A stretch of 64,000 nt of DNA, from contig CM120646.1 of assembly GCA_051362555.1 (NCBI GenBank), positions 21,018,001 through 21,082,000 on the forward strand, given 5' to 3'. The translations under genes and the position numbers were made by a program. Shown here one piece after another: positions 38,910 to 49,710 of this stretch (the first letter of the stretch is position 1; every line of letters begins with the position of its first letter). Under the pieces are notes generated by a model that saw only the letters and a program-made list of their open reading frames with translations, was not told the DNA's origin and searched no databases. Source of the DNA: Lingula anatina (lineage: Eukaryota; Animalia; Brachiopoda).

Positions 38910-40720
38910 ATTATGAAATTATGACACCTGACGGTCTTTGTGTGTGATTAGAAGCTTTCGAACTTCTGATAGAGGTACTCGTTGCTGCCCTGTCATGGAG
39001 GAGTATAGTGAAATACCCCAATGAAGCTTCTGTTTCTTCAGATATTTTTTGATGAGAATTGTGCAACTCATAGAACGTTGCAGTCAATTCGTCATGTGTT
39101 CCCAGACTTTCCATGCAGTTTTCTTTTCCACTTGGGCAAATTGGGATACAGTGTCGCAGTCTATGCAAGTATAAACACTGGACATTCATGTACCAAGATT
39201 TCTGTGAACTAAGTGATGCACATATCTCACTAGCAGGAATGAAGCGGAACTTCTTGCTTATACTAAATGCAACCAAAAGGTCGGCCCTTCCTTGTTGTGG
39301 CAGAACAACTACTGCAAGTACAACTACTGTTCGAACAAAGATCTATTTAAAGCCAAGCATGATGGCATCAGCAGTATGTACCATGATTCTGGAATCTGCT
39401 TCCCAATGGTTTTTGGGAGATAGGTTGGCCATGTGTTGAGCAGGGGCACAGTGTGGGCACAGTGCACATGCTACATTTGTGTTAAGGGTTTCAACAACTC
39501 TGTCTTGTTGTCGTTCATGCGAAGAAACTGTTTCCAGTTCCTTGGTATGGCGCAAGACAACTCCACCCGTCTTCGTTGTGTTGGGCCTCTCCTTCACGAA
39601 GGTAGCATACCGCCCTTTCTCTGGTTCTTGCTTTTAGGCTGTTGTTGAAATACCGGTCTCATGCAACGTCTCCATTTTGAGCCTGATTTTGTTGGCTTTT
39701 GATTTGAGGGAACAAACACCTTTGCAGTGTCGTCACCAAATCTTGCCTCCGCCAGGTGTGGAAATGCTGTGCTGGCGAGTAACGCACCATCCATAATGCT
39801 TACATCTGTTCTTGGCCTTACATGGAGATGAAAATTTCACGTGTTGCTCAAGGCAATCTATAAGGTGAGAATTCTGCCGTGGCAAACGAAGCTGCCCAAA
39901 GAAAGATAGAAATAGTGGAATTGGGTGGTTTTCATTGCTTAAAAAGCTGCCCAAGTCACCATTTCTTGTCTGGCATGCAACAGATACATGTAACCTTGAA
40001 CAGAGAGAAGATTCACTTTGGAAAAAACTGGCCTTTGAGTCGCCTTACAGGAGAGTTGTGCTTGTTTGTTGAACGGTACTGTGTTGTTTATGGTAATGGT
40101 AGCTGTTATTGGCTTTGTATTTGTCAGAAGACGCTCCTTCACGAAGGTTGCATACCGCCCTTTGCCATTTGTTTGTATGGACGTGTGGTACTCAGTTCAT
40201 TCCTTTTCCATTATGTCCAGTAATTGTGGTCTGGAAATGTCTAAACTCTCCTCCTGAAATGGGTTTCCCTTGTCGTCGATTATATTCACCAGTGAATTAA
40301 ATTGTTTGGCAAATATCCTCTGGGTGGCATCAGTTTGCTCATGGCAGTTTGTTTGGCTGCCACTCTCTCTTTTTCCTACAATGGATGCTTCAAACTCCTC
40401 AAATGGGTTCTGGCCCAGGTACAGCCCATCGCAGAAGAGCTTCGTCATCAGGTGTCAGTCCAAACATTCCACCTTCATTTTTCATCACCCCGTTGTTTTG
40501 CTCATGACCATGGTCAATGGCTATCAAGAAAGGCAAATGTTCTTTGAAACTTGTCCAAAACGAGCTTCCCCTTCAGGAATTTTTGAGCAACATCAGCATG
40601 GGTTGCACCAAGGCTACACACGTAAGTTATTACAGGAACAGACATTCATCGGGCGTAATGAGTATAGTTTAGACAAGATATGTGCATCAAGAGCCTTGTG
40701 TACTTACACAGCTTCTTCAG
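38910..40720 (-). mobile_element. decayed Academ (AcademX, transposase + XPG-like nuclease) DNA transposon coding relic in intron 2 of gene C
   Basis: Frameshifted minus-strand fragments in the expected order: NYTHYAR, IDHGHEQNNGVMKNEGGMFGLT..ALLRWAVPGPE, HEQTDATQRIF..GNPFQEES, FVKERL, QTRNGDLGSFLSNENHPIPLFLS, IMDGA, HWEADSRIMVH, VAFSISKKFRFIPASEICASL, FTILLHDR. These resemble motifs I recall from Academ transposase/XPG proteins; many stops and frameshifts. Confidence 0.75.
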
Positions 40721-40881
40721 AGTGATGCTAATATGACAACATAAATTAACATAGATATTAACATACCTGTACATAAAAAAAACAATTTGAGACCATCCTT
40801 TTGCATTGGTTGATAGGAAAATATGTTTATTTGTACTGGTTGCTAGGAAAATGGTGTCTATAGTAACTGCCCTATACTTAC

Positions 40882-41111
40882 ATCTTGGCCAATCGGCGTG
40901 GAGGCAGAAATATCCACTTGCAGATCTGTCAGTGTGCAAGGGTTATCCCCGCAAGGCATCGTTTCAGTACTTGTGCCATCATAGCAAGCTGTATCGTTCA
41001 TCCCTGGCACAGATGAAGGAAGGATGCTATCCCAGTCCATGCCCTCGATTTGAGGCATACCGCTGTACCGCATGTGGAGGAACATGCAAAATCGGCAGTC
41101 TCTGGCGCTTC
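40882..41111 (-). CDS. Ly6/uPAR-like GPI-anchored protein C, exon 2
   Basis: Minus strand ttccag|GA AGC GCC AGA... CAA GAT|gtaagt; 230 nt; 12 nt differences from exon 2 of gene A. Confidence 0.92.
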
Positions 41112-42077
41112 CTGGAATGAAAATCATAATGAAGCGTGATAAAACTCAATCACAGGATAATCGTTAGTTTCCTATGTAAACAACTGTTTCATCTCTGCTT
41201 CATGCCACCAAGAATATCCGACGTATGTTGTATTGCTGTGTATAACATTTAAAAAAAGTTTTATTAAAAAAAAAAAAAGCAAGCAAGCAGAGAAGAGCAT
41301 CATGCGATTTATGCAGTTAAAGGTGGATGGATATTGTTTTCCCAGTCTTAGTTGTATCATGCAGAAATGTTCTTGGAAAATTTTGACCAATTTCCAATAA
41401 CCTTGGACATCCCCCCACCCCCACCCCCACCCCCAGATCCACTCCTGGTAACACTATGACTCAAAGTGTTACACACGCACATCGTAATGATAAGGTTATC
41501 CGAACGCAAATTCTACCTCCATTGTGACCTTTAACTGCCTTAAAGCTAATTCCATTTATTTCTGGTAGCACTGGGAATTTAAAAAAGCCTTTAAATACTG
41601 TTCGTACACCCAAAATTTGACACCCTTCATAGTGCCAGATTCAAGTCACATGTTGCTGAGATACGCTGCATTGTCGGATAGAGTTGAGTCCAATATGGCG
41701 CCTAACATGTCATGGGTGGTTCAAGTGCATTTTCTAAATGCATATTTGAATAAAAACAAACAAGGAGAGTCGCGTTATTGTTATTCAATTCACAGCTGTA
41801 AAATGCATATACGCATAACTCAAAATGTTTAACTGAACCTGCTTTTTTAATTGCCAGTCCCTAAAAACGGTGCAATTCATTTAAGTTTAACAATAACTGC
41901 CTTGTACGGGTTGTCTATTCAGTGTCTATTAGCGGATTTGACGGCTAGCTTTGTAGTGGGTCGCCATATTTGATCCTCGGACTAGTTAGTCTCTATTCTG
42001 AATGGGGCCTTAGACTATTGCACACTATTGTACTCCAGTCAGCTGTTCATGCGCATAAGGTTGCGTGTATATCCCAC

Positions 42078-42746
42078 CACCCTGAGCTTCAGAGATAACT
42101 TGACACTAACCTCTTCACAATAGCCTATCTTCATCGTGTCAAGTTACCTCTGACCACATTCGATTGCCCCCGCCGCCCGCCAATCAAATTTAAAGCCCGC
42201 ACTCAATGACTCATTGAACGATCTAGCCAATGAACGCGAACGAGTCAAAGCGCGCTTTGTTCAAATCCGGACCAATCAGAGATAAGGCTCAATATCAGGG
42301 ACTTACCGTAACCTGTGAGCAGCACGCAAAATACATCATCCCTCAGTAGATAATGATGCAGGGCCTCAAACTGCTCTGGTTTCAATTCCGATATACTTTT
42401 ATTTTGCAAAGAATCAAGAGATAACTTAACACATTATTTTACGTAGTCACTCGTAGAAGACGCCATGCTTTCTTTGTGTACGGTTATGCACTCGGCACTA
42501 CTCGGATGTCTCCGCACTCGACAATAACTTTGTTGTTAGTATGGAGCTTGCGGAATCAGCCGAGGATTACCGATTGACGGTCAACCAATCAGCGTTTTCA
42601 CCAAACTTTGGTGAAAATTTTTGAAACTTGGATTCGATTGGCTTATATAAACTAGGTCAAACTATTTTCGTCAGAGGTAACTTGACACGATGAAGATAGG
42701 CTATTGTGAGGAGGTTAGTGTCAAGTTATCTCTGAAGCTCAGGGTG
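42078..42746 (-). mobile_element. non-autonomous AcademH-like DNA transposon (77-bp TIRs, 9-bp TSD) with RecQ-like helicase fragment
   Basis: TIR caccctgagcttcagagataacttgacac...ttacctctgac (42078-42154) vs 42670-42746, one mismatch; TSD atatcccac at 42069-42077 and 42747-42755. Minus strand from ATG ~42466 reads MASSTSDYVK*CVKLSLDSLQNKSISELKPEQFEALHHYLLRDDVFCVLLTGYGKSLI (Q motif + Walker A). Confidence 0.85.
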
Positions 42747-43929
42747 ATATCCCACTGGCCTGCATAAAAAAGCACTGCTGTTACGACCTTCTGTTTGCGA
42801 AAATGCGGTTTATCACTTTTCACAAATATTTTTCAGATTTGACATTTTTCTGGCTGCCAGGGGCAACAGCCACCAGGTGAAAATATTTACACGTAACAGT
42901 GTAAAAATAACAGCTCTCTGCCAAGCAGTTGTGTAATATACTACACATACAACGTTTTACACATCAACTGAATAACAGTACAATAAAACATACTGTACCA
43001 GTGCGGCAAAAATTCGTAGACCTTGATGCAAGTCTGATGATTGTTTAAATTTCAAAATTTCTACTCTGATTTATTAATTTGTATTCAGAGGGTTGTGTGA
43101 TTACATGAACAAAATATCTCCATTCTGTCCCGACCAAAAACTATGATGGGCATTTTGATGCCGATTACCGTTTAAGGATAGTTAGGAAAATGTAGTAATG
43201 ATGGTGTCAAATTTACGCGTTCGACGAAATTAAATACAGGTTCAATATATGTTATTTTCATTTTCCACCACGGTTCACAGAGCGTTATTGATAAATCTAC
43301 ATGCAGCTTTGCTCGATGCTCAATCCGAACTAATAGCAGATAACCAGCTTCTTCAGAATGCTTATTGATCGCGGCATCCACAGCAGACAATATTGTATTT
43401 CTACAACCGGTTCCATGTGTAGTCTTCAGCGCTGATGGTTAATCCTTAGGCACGAGATCGTAAAAATAAGCTACAACTGACGCTCAATCTAGTTTTGTTT
43501 ACCGTTATACGCATTAGCTTTATACAGTGTATACACGACATAATTTACATCTTGCACCGAGTTAGTTGGTTTTCATTCAAAAGGGTTTGTAGAGTGATTG
43601 TGACTTTTATCAATATTTTCTGTAAAATAATAATAATAATAAAAATATAGAAAAAAATTAGCGTAACTGTTGCCCTTCTCTCACAAGCCACTTTGCTAAA
43701 AAAATCCGAAATTAGTGTAACTTATATCTGGGTATTAACAGAAACCATGGATATCTCTCCATATTACTCTACCATCCTTTCTTTCTCTCTCGTTCGGTGC
43801 TTTTCTCTTACACTGTACAATATTAACCTGCAAACCACAGTGAAACCTAAGACATTGCCAGTCAAATTTCAGTGTACCAAAATTCAGAAACGAACGTTTT
43901 AAAACACCTGTGTCCCTTTTTTATTAAAC

Positions 43930-43944
43930 TTTTAGTGGTCTGTG

Positions 43945-43983
<39 letters not shown>

Positions 43984-44043
43984 TCATCTCTCAATATGCT
44001 CTTCATACCTTTATCCCTTTTCCGTATTAAATTTTAGTGGTCT

Positions 44044-44096
<53 letters not shown>
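43930..44096. repeat. duplicated ttttagtggtctgt + (ATT)n microsatellite
   Basis: Two (ATT)n tracts (~43947-43983 and ~44045-44096), each preceded by ttttagtggtctgt. Confidence 0.85.
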
Positions 44097-44098
<2 letters not shown>

Positions 44099-44258
44099 AT
44101 ATGTTCATCATCTTGGCCTTGCCCATGGCGTTTTCAACACCGCCTGAGCAAACTACCCCGATATGTCATTCTTCACTCCTTCAGACACCACACTGCAGAA
44201 AAATAAAAGATCATGACCATTCGGTGATCGTAAAACGCACAGGAGCTATACTACCTAC

Positions 44259-44319
44259 CATATTCCACTACCAGGGCTACCAAGACTGCAAACTTTAACA
44301 CAATATTGCTGGCTGCCAT
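44259..44319 (-). CDS. Ly6/uPAR-like GPI-anchored protein C, exon 1 (signal peptide)
   Basis: Minus strand ggaaagATG GCA GCC AGC...GAA TAT G|gtaggt; MAASNIVLKFAVLVALVVEY+G; shares FAVL, terminal Y-G and the phase-1 donor with exon 1 of gene A. Confidence 0.85.
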
Positions 44320-44392
44320 CTTTCCTTCCTGTCGGTGCTGCAATGGTATATGCGCCTTAGTTAGAGATCAATGGTGACGAACTGTCAACAGG

Positions 44393-44399
44393 TTTTATA
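44393..44399 (-). promoter_or_regulatory. candidate TATA box of gene C
   Basis: TATAAAA on the minus strand ~74 bp upstream of the gene C ATG. Confidence 0.45.
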
Positions 44400-44902
44400 C
44401 AGCTAATAGTTAATACCATTTCCAGTCAGTTTAAAGCTTGATATATATACAGAATCTTGATGATGCATCCCGGTGTAAGAGCAGTTCTCTGGATTTGATG
44501 AAACCAACACTGTTATTTGTGGAATCAGTTGGGTTGGCATTTTTGCCATAAATTAAAAAAAAACAAGGTACTGCTTTGAAACATAATCGTACAATAAACA
44601 GTCCTTTGATTTCATTTTATAAAATAGGGAAATACTGCCTACAGAAAGTGCACAAGTGAGCAAAGCTGAGGAGTTTGATAGTTGGAAGAGATTCGATAGT
44701 CTGGAGAGGGTTTCAATAACCACTGTATCAGTGCATTGGAACCTGCTAACATGCGCTGTACATATTTGGAGCAAGTATATATACCAGGGTCTTGGGGAAT
44801 TTAATTACATAACATCATTTGCTCCTTTCTATTTTTCAACGGGACATTTATAAAGGGCCCCTTATATAGAAAATATCTATTTGCTGAATCTTTCCATGCT
44901 CC

Positions 44903-45460
44903 TTTTTATGTACAGACACAGATAGCCATCACATATAGCCATCATCTGCGTCTGTCGTCGTCGCCGTTGTCGCCGTCGTGCACTTTTACCGATAACACGA
45001 TAAGTGGAAAACCGTTTTTGCTTTTGGCTTGAAACTTACAGAACTGATGAATATTCATAATACGCAGGTCAAGTTCGAAAATCAGCATGATCGGGCCATT
45101 TTTAGGGAAGTTATGCTATCTTTTTCACTTTTTAAAGCATATATGCAGCACCGATAACACGATAAGTGGAAAACCGTTTTACTTTTTGGCTTGAAACTTA
45201 CAACACTGATGAATATTCATAATCCGAAGGTCAAGTTCGAAATAGCATGATCGGGTCATTTTTAGGGAAGTTACGCTGTTTTTTCACTTTTTTCAACATA
45301 TATGCAACACTGATAACACAATATAAGAAAAACAGATAGGCCAATTGTCATTTTACTCCCAGGAGTAGTCAAACTTACTAAAACGCAGGTTGAGTTCGAA
45401 AATCAGCATAATCGGGCCTTTATTTTAGAAGTTATGCTGTTTTTTCACATTTCCTCAGAT
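44903..45460 (+). mobile_element. HINE/DINE-1-like element 5' end with ~160-bp internal tandem repeats
   Basis: T-run start, gtcgtcgtc microsatellite, units c(c/t)gataacac... at 44989, 45151 and ~45310 containing caagttcgaaaatcagcatgatcggg. Confidence 0.65.
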
Positions 45461-45864
45461 TCAATTCTTAGGCATGTTAACAGTCTCATTATTTAACTAA
45501 TAAGATACATAAATGTGTTTGTTTGATATTTCCTGCATCTTTACAACATTGTTAGTTGATTATGTAAAAATGATGGTAAACTTGTTATCGTGTATTGTGT
45601 AATAAAGTGTCAAAAATGGAAAAAAACTCATATCATTGCAGTTTGTCAGATTCAATCATCCACTATGTTCAGAATCTCAGAATGGAGGAAATTGGACATT
45701 TAACACTGTTGTATTGATATTTTTCCTATCTCATCAATTTTCTTAGTTGGTCATATAAAAATGGCAGTAAAATGTTTATTTTGTTTTATGTTTAAAAAGT
45801 GTTAAAATGGAAATAAGCCCATTTCAGAACAGTGCTGTCTTGTTTACATTTTGGCATTTTTAAG

Positions 45865-46430
45865 ACGTGACTTTGAAGTTCCATGGGCCTGCAGACCTTT
45901 GCTAGTCACGTTTTCTGAATGTTCATGTTACTAATATTCTATTATTAAAAATTGATGGTCATTATGCTGTTAAACATTATGTAATATTGCATCAAAATTT
46001 GAAGAAACCCCTATTTTGGGCACTGCTCCCATGATGACCATTTAAGAAAAATCATGTCAATTACTGTTTTCAAACTTACAGGAAAGAAACATGGGTCTAA
46101 AATACAGCTTCAGTAGGCAATGCAGTCTCTTTGGTAATTTGTTCTGGCAATAAAACATTTTTTTGTGAAAATTTAATTTTTTACTTATTGGCATTTTCAA
46201 GGTGTGACTTTGAAGTTCCATGATCCTGAAGACCTTTGCTTGTCACGTTTTCTGAATGTCCGTGTTACTAATATTCTATTATTAAAAATTGATGGTCATT
46301 ATGCTGTTAAGCATTATGTAATGTTGAATCAAAATAGAAGAAAACACAATTTTTGGTGCTGCTGCCATGATGACCATTATGGGAAAACTGTGTCACTTAT
46401 GACTGTCAAACCTTTAAAAAAGAAACACTG
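45865..46430 (+). repeat. ~337-bp diverged tandem duplication
   Basis: gtgactttgaagttccatg...gtcacgttttctgaatgt...tactaatattctattattaaaaattgatggtcattatgctgtta at ~45868 and ~46204; weaker copies follow to ~48060. Confidence 0.8.
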
Positions 46431-47313
46431 GACTAAAATGCAGAATGAGTTGGAAAAGCAGTCTAATTGGCTTCTTTTTCTGGAAGTTATACATTTGAGT
46501 GAAATATTCATTATCTTTTTGGCATATTCATTGTGGGACTCGGAGCTCCCACGGACATGAAGCCGAATGGTAATCAAATTTTCTACATGTACATGCTATT
46601 TATAGTCAATAATCAAAAATTGGTGATAATTATTCGATAATTTATTATGTAATGTTACATCAAAATTGACAACATTCTTTTTGCACTGCTACTGCAAACA
46701 TTCTGAAAAGAAAACTGTTACTTATTATTATTTTTAACTTACAAGTATGATTTTTAGGATTGGCATGCAGTTCAAATTAGAAAGCCAGGTCAATTGGGTT
46801 ATCATTTATTATTGAATTTATGCACTTTTGTGTGAAATTTTCATTTTTCTCATTCTGGCACTTTCTAAGTAAAAACTTGAACTCTGATGGGCCTGAAGCC
46901 TTATGCTTTTACTTTCGTGGTGTTACCTGTTGTGCATAATTAAAATTTGATGTTGACTGTGCAGTAAAACATAATGTATTATTGCATCAGTATTGGTAGT
47001 CTCCTATTTTGTGCATTATTGTTTTGTGCTTTTCTTAAGATGTGACTTATGGGCCTGAAAGACCTTTGAGAGGTTCAGTCTGTTAATATCCCTTGGGTAT
47101 CATTTAGCTAAAGTCTGAGTTATAAAATCATTTGCCTAATTGATAGGCCATTAAATTTGCCTAATTGATAGGCCATTAAACTCCCAAAAGTTAAGCTCTC
47201 TGCTAGATTAATAATAAGGAAGCAGTGATAATTACGCAGGTTATTATAGGTCTTTCAGGCCCATATATAATAGAAGATTAAAAGTTTGAATAGCAGCTTC
47301 ATTGGAATTATAT

Positions 47314-47547
47314 TTACCTCAGGCTCTGCCAAGGAGGTTATATTTTCACCCCTGTTTGTCTGTCATCAACATAACTCAAAAAGTTATGGACCGATTTTGC
47401 TGAAATTTTCAGGAACTGTCAGAATTGGGCCAAAGAGGACAATGATTTGTTTTTATTGGTGGTCTTTCTCAATAATTAATCAATAATCAATAATAATCAA
47501 CCATTGCTGCCTTGGCAGAGGTCTGCACTCTCGGTGGTTTTCTAGTT
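47314..47547 (+). mobile_element. short non-autonomous Helitron/Helentron (HINE) copy
   Basis: ttacctc..ctctgccaaggagg 5' end, tgtttgtctgt microsatellite, inverted ccttggcagagg near the 3' end, terminal ctagtt. Confidence 0.75.
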
Positions 47548-49619
47548 TTGTTATGTTTTCCTTTACAATTTTTTCTCAAACACTTGCATTTGTGACTTTT
47601 AACTCTCATCCGCTCTCAAGGCTCAGCACATTTTCTGTATTTCCACATAAGCAATTGTATTGTTTTTTATGTCTTTAAACATTATGTAATATTATTTTAT
47701 GCACTGTCATCATTTTTCAGATATTGAGACTTTCATTATGTGACTTTGGTCTCTCATGGTCCTGAAACTGTAATCTTATTGAAGGGGTGGATTGAGACCA
47801 TCTTCTGGGTCTTCCGGAAGACAGTCAGGTTATTAAGTTTATATTGACTGGTATCTATTTTTTTCTGTTGGAAGACCATCAAAATGGAGGATGGATCAAC
47901 ATCTATATATATATATATAGATACTTCGGAATACTGTCAGAAAATATCTCAGGGTCCGCTCCTGTTATTGACCATGTTACCTGTTGTGCATGATTAAAAT
48001 TCAGCGTTGACTGACAGTACTATTATGTATATATAAGCATTATTTATTATTGCATCAAAATTGACAAAATGACCTTTTTTTGCATCTTTATTTTCTGTTT
48101 TTTGTCTGTACATTTGACAGCTTTGCTGCCTTGTTTAGATCTTGAGGGAGACGAACTGCATTTCCCGGGATTGTTTGAAGATAGCAGTCTAGTGCCCAGA
48201 ACATTAACTTGCAGCATATCTATCTTGTTATCGTTTTTTAATGGCATTGTTTTTTTTTTTTACATAAGCCATAACTTAATGCTTTTGTGTCGCTGATCCC
48301 AGATTCATACTTTACTAAGAATTGGTATATATATTTTATATTTCATTTTTATCTTCCATTTCGTCTACTTTTCTATTTGTTTCATTTTTATTTTTATCCT
48401 TGGGTAGGAGTGAGGGGTCATGGATGATAAGAGGTATACTTTTTTGAGAAGCTTTTTACACACACAACCCTCGTTTTGCAAAGTGGGAGTTGTCTCATGC
48501 AATCTCACTCCTTCTCCTCCTCCTCATTTCCTCCTCATCATCATTCCACCATCCTCATCCTCATTTCTTCCTCATCCTCCTCCTCCTCACCATCACCCAG
48601 TACAGACTACATATATAATTTGCGTTTTGCCACTGACGCAAAGGAAACTTTCATCACCGGGGAGAGAGAGAGAGAGAGAGAGAGAGTGAGTCATCTGAAA
48701 GATAAGCTCTGGTGGTGAAGCTTAAATTTGCCCAGGGACGCGAGATGCAATGTGTGCCTGCCGCTGATCGATATTCAACCGTCAAGATCAAACACTGCAA
48801 GACCGCCTGGGTTCTAGTGGATAGTTTTCTCTTTCACGCTATATTTTCTTGTCAGAGACAGAAAACAACAACGCAACCAGAGATTTGATAAATAAGAAAG
48901 AAATAACGTAAGAAAAAACATATCTTATAAAAATATGATTGAATTGCTTTCGTTTATACATGTTTGAAATGATATACATTTATAGAAGATGGGAGCCATC
49001 ACTCTAGTGTGTTTTGACTTTCTCTGATGGGCTTCGTGACGCAACAATATGCGACAAGTACCGGTGGCAACCGTTAATTGCAAACAAGTATCTGTATTGA
49101 TCTGGGAAAAAATAAACCAGTATTCTTTATGCGAATTTTAAGAGATTAGCAGACGAAAATTTAAGATTCGCACGTTGGACTTTGACGTGGTAAGATACGG
49201 TTAATGAATTTTATTTGAGCAGTGACCAACCACTAAACTATCGCTTTGAAACTCATATTGTTCAGCATGCACAAACAGTAACTTTTTGCACGCATTTTTT
49301 AAAATCTTTGCTTGAGACATGCCCCGTGAACGGGCACCTCAATTCCTTTTAGTTTCTTAAGTGACGGGAGTTTTTTTTTCTGAGAATTTTCTGAGTCACT
49401 TTTTTTATCCCGTGATAGCAATGTGCCTCTTTTTATGTGGCACTCCACTTCCCAGGCACTACTACGAGTCAATGAAGATTAAATAAAGTCCTTGCATTTG
49501 ATGATGTTAGCCTTTGGCCGCCATATTAGACCAAAGGAAATACCAAAAACATGCTACTAACAGTTTCAGTATTTTGATCCAAAGTGATAAAAATTTCATG
49601 TTTTTATCACAGGTCTCTT

Positions 49620-49710
49620 CCCAGCAAGCTCAAAACGCTATTATAACGTTACATTAATACAACCCAAAAACGTTATGGTAACGTTATGATAACGTTCTGG
49701 GTTTGTTGGG
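49620..49710. mobile_element. small CCCAG..TTGGG MITE with taacgtt repeats
   Basis: cccagcaagctcaaaacg ... cgttctgggtttgttggg; a decayed relative lies at ~32014-32103. Confidence 0.6.

Noticed and set aside
23224-41120. Overlapping antisense or alternative-frame ORFs on the Ly6-like exons (e.g. 23224-23421, 24015-24305, 24061-24420, 38384-38710, 40806-41120)
   Set aside because: Shadows of the real GC-richer exons; their similarity between paralogs is explained by the sense-strand coding frame.
42290-42466. Functional host RecQ helicase gene
   Set aside because: Only ~55 codons with an in-frame stop, enclosed by TIRs and a TSD; no downstream helicase motifs.
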